Below are positions 50,911 to 64,000 of a stretch of 64,000 nucleotides of DNA, piece after piece. Positions within the stretch are counted from its first letter, which is position 1; each line of letters opens with the position of its first letter. The notes beneath the pieces were generated by a model. It did not search any database and was not told the origin of the DNA. It saw only the letters and a list, made by a program, of their open reading frames with translations. This DNA comes from Octopus sinensis (lineage: Eukaryota): positions 21,390,001 to 21,454,000 of the forward strand of contig NC_043008.1 of NCBI RefSeq assembly GCF_006345805.1, written 5' to 3'. The position numbers and the translations under genes are program-made.

Positions 50911-53900
50911 GTAAGAATTCAGTTTAACGTTCTAAGTTTTCGATAAATTTTCTGTCTTGTCTTTCAAGAAAATATTAAATACATACAAAAGAAGGAATCG
51001 ACAGGCCAAACCAACATCATTACCATATTACTTATGTTGTTGCTGTGGTTTATCTCCCACCAATAAGCTCCGAAATGGTAGACTTATGATCAAACATGTT
51101 CCCGTATTAGCCGTACTGACTTTTATAGGCTATTACTGAATGGTTGAGAAGTTCGTTTCGTAATTGTGAGACACCAAATTTGATCCTACGGCATTTTAAG
51201 TAAATTTCAATTTTATTGAGCCGCCGGTCAATGCATTGTAAATTGGTTTCAGAAAAGTTATGTGGAAATCCCTCTGACCTGTTGCATTTGTTAGTCATAT
51301 GACCATCGAAGTCACATAATATTTAACAATGGCTCTGTGTGAGGATTACGTTAAGATTTAAAAAATGTCAGTGAGGTACTCAGCCACATCAACGTTACTT
51401 CAACAAATAGGGAGTTCAGTTGCTTGAACAACTGAACGGTCATCGTCGAAACCGGTGTAACGTCTATAATCATCTCGAACTACAATACTCAGTGTGACGT
51501 TTCCTTTTATAGGACGAAGGTGGGATTTGGGGTATATTTCATTGCTATTTCTAGGAAGGTGAATGATTACATAGAGGATTCCTCTTTGTATTGCTTTATA
51601 TCTGTTATCCTCGATCTATGCGGAAAAATTTTTAAAAAAAGCAAACATCGCCAAAGGACTAAAACACCGACATTGGAAATGCACTTACTCTGACATTTCT
51701 AAATTTAAAAATATTGTTGAAACGTGATAGATGCCTTGATAAAATAGGAGATTTATCAGAAAGAAATACTCAACTAGCTGCCTAAAGATAAGAAGATCTA
51801 AATATAGCAAGGCAGCTTTAAATAGAAAACCAGTAATGGCGCATTTATTTCCCAAATTAATTGTAATCAACTCTGAGTTTGACAGTAATAGTGTAATTAG
51901 AATTTCTGCCGGTGGCGTTATATAAACATGTAACTGACATGTAAATCACGTTAAAATAGAATTGGAATTCGCGGACACCGACTAACGGACACTAACTAAC
52001 GGACAGTGACTAACGATATTGTAATGATTTACTAAAATGAAATTAATCCTGATAGAATGATAGACTCTTGACTTTGTGGAATGGTTCAGCTCCAAAGAGA
52101 AACACGATCAGTCAGCCACATGATTTAAGGCATTCCATTCTTGACCATCCAGTCTTTTAAAAGGTATTTTGGACTATATTTTTCTTTTGAATTGTTTGAA
52201 GCAAATCGTGCTGCTTTTTTCTAACTGGTTCAGCGACTGCGACTCTCGTAGAGACATTCTCGTTGGCTTTTTATCGCCGTGATTTTCTGTATGGTAAAAT
52301 GCCACCTTCGCAAGGATTTGATCTCTGCTCGTAGGGTCGGCTGCTCTATATGCGAGAGTATCCAAACAGGTGGAAGAACAAATGGTTTGATGTTTCATGA
52401 GTTCAGAAGCAGTCCGATTTCGTAGTAGATAAAAGAGTTACTGATGGCAAATGATGATCAAGCCGTCATATTTAAGAGAACAGAAGCAAATAAAGTTGAT
52501 ATTGTAAAGAAGCACTCACGGATACTGATAATAATTTCTTTTTATACTAAGCAAGAGGTGTGGCGTTCTAGAAACGTTGTGATCTGGATGTTATCTCCCA
52601 CTTTCTATCTGCAAACAATCACTTGCTTTGATAAATGTAACAGCCAAATCCCTCTCACACACCAATTTAGCCTTGTTTTAAAGGGGGAATATATTGGATA
52701 ATGTAGATTCAGCTAAATTATGTTTGTAAAGACGGGTGGTCACGTCAAGAAATCTTTTGTATGCAAACCTGGTCGAACAGGGACCGATCTGGAGCTAAAC
52801 AACAAATTCAAGAACTACCGTAACTATTGCATACGAACACACGCAGATAGCACAGCAGCAGCAGCAATAGTAGTAGCAGTAGCAGCAACAGTAGCAGCAG
52901 TAGTAGTAGATGAGCAATGTGCAGCTGTTTGTAATTGGGCCATTATGTGTTGACAACTAATGTTGGAAATGACAGCTGCCTTGCAATTTATTCTTAAACT
53001 TAGGAGATTTATAAACGAATCAAATCCTTTACTCAAAATAAATGGCTAATTTATGGCAGAAACCCATTTAAAAGTTTCGGTTTCAACCAGTGATCAACTA
53101 TCTGCTGATTAGTTTTAAGCTGAAAATACTAAACCTAATTCACTCACCCGTCAACAATCTAATTTTAAATGCTTAAAAATCTCAAAGCTCAATGCTAACT
53201 CGGAGATAAAAGCTTTTAGTTAACAAATTAGCGACCGAGTTTCAAAACAATGAACTCAAAACGGAAAAAATTAAAACCATACTTCATTACGTTCGCTCAC
53301 AAAGAAATCAAAAAAGCTAAGGCTTCTCTATTTTTATTGAAAGGCATACTAATTATATACAATACTCTTTGTGAAATACAGAATATTATTTTTGAACGAG
53401 TGAAATTAAAAAAAAAATATAACATGTAATAAAAATAAGAATCCATTCCTCTTATGTGTTGCATAAAGTCAAAGTTGAGAAAACTGAAATACGTCAAATC
53501 GAGGCTATAAAATTCCTATCGACGTTTGCATCAGTAATCTCGAACACAACAACACGGGATCTGACATAAGAACATTATTAACGACGTTTATTAATGAGAA
53601 ATGAGATTTTATTTATATGGCGAGATTAACATGAAAAAAAAGGAACGGACAAAAAAAACAAAGCAAAACAAAGCAAAACGGGAATAACGTTTTCAGTTCC
53701 ATTTGAAATTCTTCTCCAGAATGATTTATAGCTCTTGATATAGTTTCCTTTGATATCAGCTCAAATTTCAAAAGATATGACAGAGAAATACATTAATAAA
53801 ACAATTGATGTCAAAAATAATTTGTTCATTGTTGTTAGAATAAATTGGGAAAAAAACAAAAAACAAAAACAAAAGATGATAGCTGATCACTTTCGCTTTC

Positions 53901-54009
53901 TCATTTTCCCAGCACACACAAAGCACCCACGCACCCACACACATACACACTCATGCACATACGTGTAAAACACATACATACGCATGCACGCAAACCCGCA
54001 AGTACATAC

Positions 54010-54100
54010 TTCAGTCCCCCGGTGTGTAAGCTCTGATTGTATTAACATATACCAAACTCTACACACTTTCACTGAATGATTGTTCTGAACTCGTACGCTG
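54010..54100 (-). other. Candidate 91-nt exon
   Basis: Minus strand TTTATTTTCTTCGACAAG|CAG (NAGNAG) acceptor, GAA|GTATGT donor, one open frame [30 protein letters not shown]. No homology recognised. Confidence 0.2.
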
Positions 54101-54229
54101 CTTGTCGAAGAAAATAAACAGAACAAACTCCCACATTCAGACACGCCCACAAAATCCCACGCAGAGCATGTGTGTGCGTGTGCGTGTGTGTGTGTGTGCG
54201 TGTGCATGCATGCATTTATGTATAAGCGT

Positions 54230-54317
54230 GAATATATATATATATATATATGCACACACACACACTCATGTGTACAGAAACACATATACATACATATATA
54301 TATATGTATATATATAT

Positions 54318-54354
<37 letters not shown>

Positions 54355-54960
54355 GCATGCATTTATATATATATATGCGTATATATATTGAATATATATA
54401 TATATATGTATGTATATATGTATATATATGTTGAATATATATATATATGTATGTATATATGTATATATATATTATATATTTATATATATATGTAATGTAT
54501 ATATATATACATATATATATATATGTATGTATATATGTATATATATATATGTATATGTATATATATATATATGTATACGCATATATTATATATGTATATA
54601 TATATATATATACATTACATATATATATATATATATATATGCATGCATTTATATATATATATATGCGTATATATATTGAATATTATATATATATGTATGT
54701 ATATATGTATATATATGTTGAATATATATATATATATGTATGTATATATGTATATATATATATATATTTATATATATATGTAATGTATATATATATACAT
54801 ATATATATATATGTATGTATATATGTATATATATATTATATATGTATATATATATATGTATACGCATATATTATATATATATGTATGTATATATATATTT
54901 ATATATTTATGTATATGTATGTATATATATATTTATATTATATATATGTATATATATATA
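54230..54960. repeat. Long (TA)n-derived satellite with ~286-bp higher-order period
   Basis: Landmarks GCATGCATTT...GCGTATATAT(AT)TGAAT...GTTGAAT...GTAATGT...TACGCAT recur starting at 54355 and 54641. Confidence 0.8.
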
Positions 54961-55280
54961 AACACTGTGCTTTATTTTGAGATTGCTAGTGTTAACAATA
55001 CTCGGAAAAAATACAGACTGGAGTTGTAGTGCTCCAATTGAGCTATATTTTATTTCTTAACTTGAAGGGAGGCAATACAAGCGGAAACAAGAGGAACATG
55101 ATTAAGATCCACCGACTTATATCTATTTATATATATTTTTATATCTTTATATCTGGAATTTATACATCCGTTTTGTAAATATTGAAGAATATATGAATAT
55201 ATGTATCTATTTGATCTTCGAGTGTTGATCTTAATTATGTTCCTGGTCTGCTTTTGCATTGCCTCCGTTCAAATTAAGAA

Positions 55281-55339
<59 letters not shown>

Positions 55340-56646
55340 ATACACATGCAAAACAGGCAGCGAATATGGGGCGTTTTCTTTGCACGAGTACTACCCATAG
55401 AGCCATCGTGTTTAAAATATTGCAGAAAGGGAGATTTCACAAGCTTCGTAGAGCCACTATGGTTGGAAGGCAGGATAATTGAAAGCACGTGCCGTTTACG
55501 GATGCTTCCGTCTTCGTTTTCGTAGTTGATTTGTAGAAGTTACATGTCAAAATGCCGTACAAGCTTGTAGGAGTCGTTTATTCTTGCATGAATTACTAAA
55601 GATCAGTTCTAAAGTAATTACTCGAGGAACTTGGAACCATGAGCTTTTGATGCGTTTGAGATGAGAAAGCTCACATTTAAAAGAAGTCTTCTGTCACCCA
55701 CCTAGCTGTCTCTAACGAGCCAAGGGTTAATCAATTGGTATTGCAAAGGAATGTATGGAACTGGTGAATATTGGAAAATTCACATGTGAGAAACTGTAAA
55801 AGATGGATTCCTTGTTAAATAATGTTGATGTTCGGTGCACAGTCCTTATAAGGCAGTGGTCGCATAACTCACCATGTTTAGAAACATTTTTCGTCCAGCA
55901 AAAATTGAGTTTGGCAGTTAGAAAGAGCACGAGTGTGTTTGAAGTTGCTGTGTATCGGTCGGGGAAGCAAGTAAGAGACGAAACTAGTAGAAAATTGAGG
56001 ATTGCAAAAATCATTGCGATTCTACACCGAAAATACCATTAAGGGGTGAATGTGGAAATATAAAGCATTTCAGACTGCTTATAAAAAATAGAAGTGTCTC
56101 TGACTCCAGGAATGGTCGACGGGTATTTTAGTGGTTCAAAGAGTTCAGAAGTTGGCAGAATAAGCATTTAAAGAATTACAAAGTGAGACTGTAATCTAGA
56201 GAGAGAAACGTAAAAAAATATGACTTTGTTTTCAAATACGTGACTCAAAACATTATGTAATTAATGCATTCGTTCTATATCTATTGACAGCTTGTGTCTG
56301 CGTGTTGTGCAACATCAGTGTTTAGCGACTGGGAGTTTATTAATTTACAGCGTTATATTCAATTTCATTTAATAAGAGCTAAATTACTTGCCAGCTGACG
56401 TAATCAGAGACCTTCAGGCGTATAACGTTGGTGGTGGCTTGCAGTATACACACACTGACATACTAAGATAACAAGAGAAGGGAAACATGTATTTCTTTGA
56501 TGTTGTGCTTTCTAAAATTCAATAAGCTATATTTATGTAATTTTTATACGTCTGTGATCAATATATGCATGAAGCATATATATATATACATACATATATG
56601 TATATACATATACATATATGTATCTATTATATATATATATACATAG

Positions 56647-56685
<39 letters not shown>

Positions 56686-56687
56686 AC

Positions 56688-56719
<32 letters not shown>

Positions 56720-56922
56720 CTATATATATATATATATATATATACATAGATACATATATGTATATATATACATATATATATATACATATATATATACACA
56801 TACATATATATAAATTTACAGACATACATTCATACATGCATACATATATATGCATACACGTAATACATGCAAATATGCAAATATGCATATATGTGTGTGA
56901 GTGTGTGTGTTTGTGTATATAT

Positions 56923-56990
<68 letters not shown>

Positions 56991-57382
56991 TTTGTCTGTC
57001 TGTGTGGATGTATGTACTTGTATGTGTTTTTATGAGTGTGTAAATGTATTCTTACAATTATGTCTCCGGTATAATTAGATATTTGCATATTTGTAATTTA
57101 CATATTCATGCGTTAATAATGTTTGTATATTTGACATTCATAAACTTCTCTGCAGACATGTACGTACATGTGTGCCAGTGAGAAAGTGTGTAAGCTTGTG
57201 TACGAACACGAAAGTGTGTACGTACGTTCGTGAACGTACGTACGTGTATGCGAATGTGTGCTTGTTTCTAAACAAATATTTTCATAAGTCTATCTACTTA
57301 TGCACATTTGTGTGTATACGTATCTGTATGTACGTGTGTATATGCATATACCTGTGTATTTGAATGTGTGTATATATATATA

Positions 57383-57421
<39 letters not shown>

Positions 57422-57613
57422 TAAGCAATTAAGGGTTTAGCAACGAATTGCCTTACCACACACCGAATTTAGAAATAGCAGTCAAAGAGATTATAGCTAT
57501 TTCTTCTACTAAAAGGGAGATCACAGTAAAGGCACAGCATTTTTTTACATGCCGAAGACTACTTGGTGTAATTGATAATTGTTCCAATTAATTAATTTCA
57601 CCCTTCATTGTTA

Positions 57614-57679
<66 letters not shown>

Positions 57680-58112
57680 GAGATAGAGATAGAGATAGAT
57701 AGAGAGAGAGAGATAAATACACACACACATATGTATACATGTGTGTGTGTTTTTTTGTTTGTGTGTAGGTGTTTGAATGTAGATATGCAGAATCGGCGGT
57801 TGTCATGAATATTCCCTTATATAATCAAATAAAATTAAAATAAATTACTGAATATATACGTATCTCACGTAGATAAATTTGGAGGCAGTGTACTGACTGA
57901 AAGGTATCAGCGGCTCTCATTTTGCCTGGGAGTAAATTTTAGACCCCTAAGTCTAAGAATATAAATTATTTCTTGTGAAGAAGCTTCCCAATTTCCACTT
58001 TTCTAAAATTGTCGTTAAAATTTACGGTCAAGATTTTGTCGTCTTTCTCTAAATAGGAGTAAAAATTCAATTAACATAAGTCCTCCATTTGCACATAGAA
58101 AAAAAGGTTTAG

Positions 58113-58222
58113 GTTCAGTCCCACTGCGTGTCAACTTGAGCATGTATCTTCTAATATAGCTCTTGGCCAACCAAAGCCCTGTAGGTGAATTTGTTAGAAG
58201 GAAACTGAAAGACGTCCGGTGC
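58113..58222 (+). mobile_element. SINE family A head fragment
   Basis: GGTTCAGTCCCACTGCGTG...CAAAGCCCTGTAGGTGAATTTGTTAGAAGGAAACTGAAAG. Confidence 0.75.
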
Positions 58223-58318
58223 ATGAAAAATTGAATATTAATTTGATTAATATCAATTTAAAACCAGTGGTCTAGCATATAGAAAAATCTGAATATTCAG
58301 AAAAATTATATTACATAT

Positions 58319-58735
58319 AGGCGCAGGAGTGGCTGTGTGGTAAGTAGCTTGCTAACCAACCTCATGGTTCCGGGCTCAGTCCCACTGCGTGGCATCTTGG
58401 GCAAGTGTCTTCTGCTATAGCCCCGGGCCGACCAATGCCTTGTGAGTGGATTTGGTAGACGGAAACTGAAAGAAGCCTGTCGTATATATGTATATCTATA
58501 TATGTATGTGTGTTTGTGTGTCTGTGTTTGTCACCCTGGCATTGCTTGACAACTGATGCTGGTGTGTTTACGTCCCCGTCACTTAGCGGTTCGGCAAAAA
58601 GAGACCGATAGAATAAGTACTGGGCTTACAAAAAGAATGAGTCCCGGGGTCGAGTTGCTCGACTAAAAGGCGGTGCTCCAGCATGGCCGCAGTCAAAATG
58701 ACTGAAACAAGTAAAAGAAAAAAAGAAAAGAAAAG
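58319..58735 (+). mobile_element. SINE family A, full-length, well preserved
   Basis: A box TGGCTGTGTGGTAAG, B-box-like GGCTCAGTCCC, CORE-like GGCATCTTGGGCAAGTGTCTT, internal SSR, tail GACTGAAACAAGTAAAAG. Confidence 0.95.
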
Positions 58736-58742
58736 ATACATG

Positions 58743-59001
58743 TAAGAGGCATGACCACTAAGTGGACATCCATTATGCTACAAGTCGACCCCCTATGGTC
58801 TTACCACTTAGAAAGGAATGTTCTCAAGAAAATTTAGCAAACGCAAGAACGTAAGCGAAGACAAATGAAAAGATACAAAATATACAGATTACGTTCTGGC
58901 GTTTTCTAAATTTTCTTGAGAACATTCTTTTCTAAGTGGTAATCCCATAGGGGGTCGACTTCTAGTATAATGGATGTCCGCTTAGTGGTCACCCCCTCTT
59001 A
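58743..59001. mobile_element. Foldback element, ~110-bp arms, ~35-nt loop
   Basis: TAAGAGG..TGACCACTAAGTGGACATCCATTAT.CTA.AAGTCGACCCCCTATGG..TTACCACTTAGAAAGGAATGTTCTCAAGAAAATTTAG.AAACGC.AGAACGTAA and its reverse complement. Confidence 0.9.
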
Positions 59002-59004
59002 TAT

Positions 59005-59081
<77 letters not shown>

Positions 59082-59174
59082 ATTATTATTTGAGGGAATA
59101 TATTACAGGGAAAAATTCAATTTAGAAATACTAAATATATATATATATATATAAATCTCACTCGTTTATTTATA

Positions 59175-59760
59175 TGAATTCTCGCGCTGATCGGTGGACT
59201 GCGAACCTGTGGTGTCTTGGGAAAGAAGGGTGTCGCATTTTCCATGGTTTTAGCCTTCGTTCTCATATCATAAAGGTACTCCTGCGTTTCATCTCCCGTC
59301 ACCAGATCGGAAAAACCGTTTTGATTGACGATTGACTTCAGAAGCTACTTGCATACAAGACCAAACTTCCACCATTCTCTTTTTCAAATCGGGTTGAAGC
59401 TCCGAATTTTGCGCGTTGCCCTCATTTTCCTTATCCAAAGTCTTTCACCAGCTTCTGTAATGCATTGTTATCACAGTCAATTTGTGCAGCACATTTTGAC
59501 TAAACTGCCCATGCGAATCAATTCATCAACTCGCTCTGGTGATCCGTATCAGTGCTCGGAGCTGATGGATTCCACTCGCATGCTTTCAGTATTGATTTTC
59601 ATCGACCCCTGCACACTGGTCTTGTCAATGATAGCCTTCTGCGGATGTCGGATATCTTATACTCTTCTTCATCAAGAACTTAACGACAGCATGTTGCTTC
59701 TGGTTAGAATTCATTAGTTTCCTGTAACGAAGAATAAGAGAATTACTGTAGAAGACATTA
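59175..59760 (-). mobile_element. Decayed mariner transposase (N-terminus to first catalytic Asp)
   Basis: Minus: MNSNQKQHAVVKFLMKK... and LVTGDETQEYLYDMRTKAKTMENATPFFPKTPQVRSPPISAR, resembling mariner IVTGDETWVHHYDPETKRQSMEW...P. Confidence 0.75.
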
Positions 59761-60112
59761 CACAACCAAGCATGAAAAATCAATTCCAGTTAAAAGTAAA
59801 ATGAAAAAAGTCAAAGTCATTTTTGCATTACTCTCGATAAAACCGTTGTGTATTTGCTGGAAATCGAAACTGCAATGGAAGCTGTGGATTTACGTCGGAA
59901 TGTTCATAAACTTCAGACTGTAACATTTTACTGTTGTGATGTTTTAAATTCCAATGAAAGAGTTTTAATTCTTCGTTACAAACCAGTCTGTTATTTACAG
60001 AGAAAATTCAAAGAATAAAAAGGAAAAAGAAAAAAGGCCCATAGGTAATTCGACGAATGCATTGCTGATTTGAGGGGAAGGGGCAAGCCGATATCATCGA
60101 CACGATTACTAT

Positions 60113-60631
<519 letters not shown>

Positions 60632-61312
60632 CAATGTTACTATTTTGTAACTGACCCCGGAAATATGAAAAGCAAAGTCGACTGCAGAACGTAAGGAACC
60701 AAAAGGAAAGCATGGAAGTGCTTTGTCCGTTAGCGCAAGGATTAAGCCACCTCAAAGTCTTTAGATGTAGACATGTGTAGAAAACAATTATGTATACTTT
60801 CTTTAAACTGAAGGCAGTCCATATTGGTACGCTGTGGCAGCGTTTAATCGTAGGAGGCGCTTTTCGTTGATATCAGAATCGAAAATAAATTTATTACCTT
60901 TTCCTGTTGGGAAATAAGTTAATTCAACGCCACGGAATAGCTATCTTAGAATTTCCATTTTCTCAAATTTAAGCCTTTACAGAATCCAGTTTTCTTGAAG
61001 TTACACTCATGGGAGAAACGTTAATTCAGCACTGTAGAGTAACAAATGGTATAGTACATCATTACTTGCGAAGATGAGATCTACCTGTCGTCATGGGATA
61101 ACTATTCATAATCCAGATGTATTAAGCTAATGATAATACAGAATCTTGTTGCAGTAGGTAATGGTTACAAAAATTGTTGCAGTAATTAAAAGTTGCAAAA
61201 GTTGCTCAGATACCAATAAGGGTTGATTTGATAAGGAAGCTTGCTCTTCTATGTTGCAATTTCCATAACTATTTCTGAATACTCGTCCTTTGATCAATAT
61301 TTTCTTCCTTTT

Positions 61313-62080
61313 TATTTCTTTTACTACCCACAAGGGGCTAAACACAGACGGGACAAACAAGGACAGACAAATGGATTAAGTCGATTACATCGACCCCAGT
61401 GCGTAACTGGTACTTATTTAATCAACCCTGAAAGGATGAAAAGCAAAGTCGACCTCGGCGGAATTTGAACTCAGAACGTAACGGCAGACAAAATACCTAT
61501 TTCTTTACTACCCACAAGGGTCTAAACACAGAGGGGACAAACAAGAACAGACAAATGGATTAAGTCGATTACATCGACCCCAGTGCGTAACTGGTACTTA
61601 TTTAATCGACCCCGAAAGGATGAAAGGCAAAGACGACCTCGGCGGAATTTGAACTCAGAACGTAACGGCAGACAAAATACCTATCTCTTTACTACCCACA
61701 AGGGGCTAAACACAGAGGGGACAAACAAGGACAGACAAATGGATTAAGTCGATTACATCGACCCAAGTGCGTAACTGGTACTTATTTAATCGACCCAGAA
61801 AGGATGAAAGGCAAAGACGACCTCGGCGGAATTTGAACTCAGAACGTAACGGCAGACAAAATACCTATCTCTTTACTACCCACAAGGGGCTAAACACAGA
61901 GGGGACAAACAAGGACAGACAAATGGATTAAGTCGATTACATCGACCCAAGTGCGTAACTGGTACTTATTTAATCGACCCAGAAAGGATGAAAGGCAAAG
62001 TCGACCTCGGCGGAATTTGAACTCAGAACGTAGCGACAGACGAAATACTGCTGAGTATTTCGCCCGGCGTGCTAACGTTT
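61313..62080 (-). mobile_element. SINE family B tetramer: four tandem ~184-bp units plus head
   Basis: Unit starts at 61313, 61498, 61682 and 61866; junction GACAAAATACC|TAT(T/C)TCTTTAC; head remnant TTTCGCCCGGCGTGCTAACG. Confidence 0.95.
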
Positions 62081-62434
62081 TCCTTTTTAATGCATTGACA
62101 TTGTACACACGCTAGATGAAAGAAATGATTTTCTTGTTGCTCTCTCCTAATTTCATCCATTACTACTCCATCACCCAGCTTGTTGGTATTGAGATAAAAT
62201 GGATTAAAGCTTCTTAATGCCAACTCTTTCAGCGGCCATCATTCACTGCTACTAATCTGACATTTTGTTGCATATTGGCACTTGATTCTTCAGTTGTGTT
62301 TTCTGTCAATCAACCCTTTCATGTCCCGACGCCATGTGGATCGCCACAAACTGTTAGATATAACAAGTCTGAGATTCCCAAACTTGCTCTCTTCTATCAT
62401 TTGATGGCAAAATTTTAGATCCAGCTGTAATTCT

Positions 62435-62846
62435 AATTTCTTTATTGTCCACAAGGGGCTAAACATAGAGGGGATAAACAAGGACAGACAAAGGGATTAA
62501 ATCGATTACATCGACCCCAGTGCGTAACGTGTACTTAATTTATCGACCCTGAAATGATGAAAGGCAAAGTTGACCTCGGCGGAATTTGAACTCAGAACGT
62601 AGCGGCAGACGAAATAGCTATTTCTTTATTACCCACAAGGGGCTAAACATAGAGGGGACAAACAAGGACAGATATAGGTATTAAGTCGATTAAATCGACC
62701 CCAGTGCGTAAATGGTAATTAATTTATCGACCCTGAAAGGATGAAAGGCAAAGTCGACCTCGGCGGAATTTGCACTCAGAACATAGCGGCAGTCGAAATA
62801 CCGCTAGGCATTTCGTCCGGCGTGCTAACGTTTCTGCCAGCTCGCC
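62435..62846 (-). mobile_element. SINE family B dimer
   Basis: Junction GACGAAATAGC|TATTTCTTTATT at 62618/62619; head ends CTGCCAGCTCGCC. Confidence 0.92.
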
Positions 62847-64000
62847 ATCTCAATTCTACGTACCATCCATCTGTAAGTCTACGTACCATCCCACTGTGCC
62901 AATGAACTTTTATATGTTTTTTTCCTTAAACAACGTATCCCTTCACTCTCAATTTTATAGTGTAATACTTTTTTGTTTCCTGCCACTATAAAACTGCTTA
63001 GAGACCTCTTACACTTGAAAGTGATTCTTAACCAACGAATTCATTCCTCAATGCTTTTCAGTATATCCTGAGTTAGATACACCGCGTTTGACAGAAGCAT
63101 AATATCGTCCGGCAAATTCCGTTGTGCCATTTATAAAAGCGCTGTTTGTCTACCCAATCATTGCAATACCAGTTCTGCAGGCAATATAAAGAGCATAACT
63201 AATATGGTTCATCCTCCCACAATACTCCAAACCTTTCCATTCATAGGAAATATCTATTTAATAAGTATCATCTATGTTGACTTTTAAGAAGATAACCATT
63301 CGAATATTACGACCTCTTGTGCCAAATCACGTCGAACAGAATCACACACACTTTCAAGATCTAACCATGTCATTGTTAAATTGCATTTCTCCTCTCATGG
63401 GGTCTAAGTAGCTTCCCAAATGGCATATATGCATTTGGATACACACGGAATTTCAGTTTTATGCATTAATCAATTTATTATATTTAAGGTTATATTTAAG
63501 TTTATGGGAAGCAAATTTCCGGCATATTCGGGACAAACGCTTGTGTGCTGAGGGTAATGCTGTATTCTCTCACTGAATGTAGCAGTCCATGTCTTATCTG
63601 TCAGTGAAGCAGATCTGTCGGGGTTTCAGCGTCTCCCATAAAAAAATTGCAGTAGATTTTGAGGTCATCATATTCGAAATGTCGAAGAATCTTTAAAAAC
63701 CCTAATCAGTACAGAGCGATGGAGATATACGAAGATGTATCCAAATTCGTCGAAATTCAATATTTTGGTTTTCTTTCTGACGTATTTTATGATATTAAAA
63801 AAATGACAATCTTTGCCTGGATAATGAACATCAATAGATTAGACATATTAAAGAATTTGAAATTTAGGAATTCTAACAAGTGCGGTATGACTATTTTGAA
63901 GTGGTTGAGGACATGGAATTGTAAAATTCTGATATGTTTACCACCGTAAAGAACTGGAATATAAAAGCAGGCCATGATTAGAACGAGAAGGATGGTTGTT

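Noticed and set aside
51240-51262. AATTGGTTTCAGAAA (NWFQK), resembling homeobox helix 3
   Set aside because: Flanking residues do not fit a homeodomain and the frame closes shortly after.
52215-52300. Possible exon with CTAAC branch and CAG acceptor
   Set aside because: The branch motif is too close to the AG, the donor is weak (GTAAAA), and phase is inconsistent with the 50879 candidate except via a stop.
55727-56042. Overlapping ORFs on both strands, possible transposase remnant
   Set aside because: No DDE/D or other diagnostic motif could be recognised.
61313-62080. Regular repeat array superficially like CRISPR
   Set aside because: Units are 184-bp SINE bodies with no unique spacers, there are no cas genes, and the context is eukaryotic.
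63659-63949. 96-aa ORF at the window end
   Set aside because: No ATG start and no recognisable motif; possibly a decayed element but cannot be supported.

Overview
This is a 64-kb, AT-rich, repeat-saturated stretch of animal genomic DNA. The SINE, microsatellite and transposon make-up points to a coleoid cephalopod, most likely Octopus (inference from family resemblance, not a database search). No intact protein-coding gene, rRNA, real tRNA gene or CRISPR array is supportable; almost every ORF in the supplied track is a microsatellite read-through artefact. The window holds many tRNA-derived SINE copies (four families, several in head-to-tail multimers) and decayed mariner (DD34D-type) and maT-like (DD37D) transposase fragments. 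It also holds a hAT MITE with a perfect 8-bp TSD, a 5'-truncated Tx1/L1-clade LINE sitting inside a (TATC)n microsatellite, a decayed Penelope-like element (RT + GIY-YIG), several foldback elements and one 100-N gap. The most striking signal is a set of minimal type I hammerhead ribozyme motifs at 3648-3730, 4839-4881, 13336-13370, 19520-19578 and 27304-27369, plus degenerate copies. They belong to unrelated repeat families, each with its own stem I and its own palindromic or near-palindromic stem III. This suggests a diverse population of ribozyme-bearing, Penelope-mobilised (retrozyme-like) elements.
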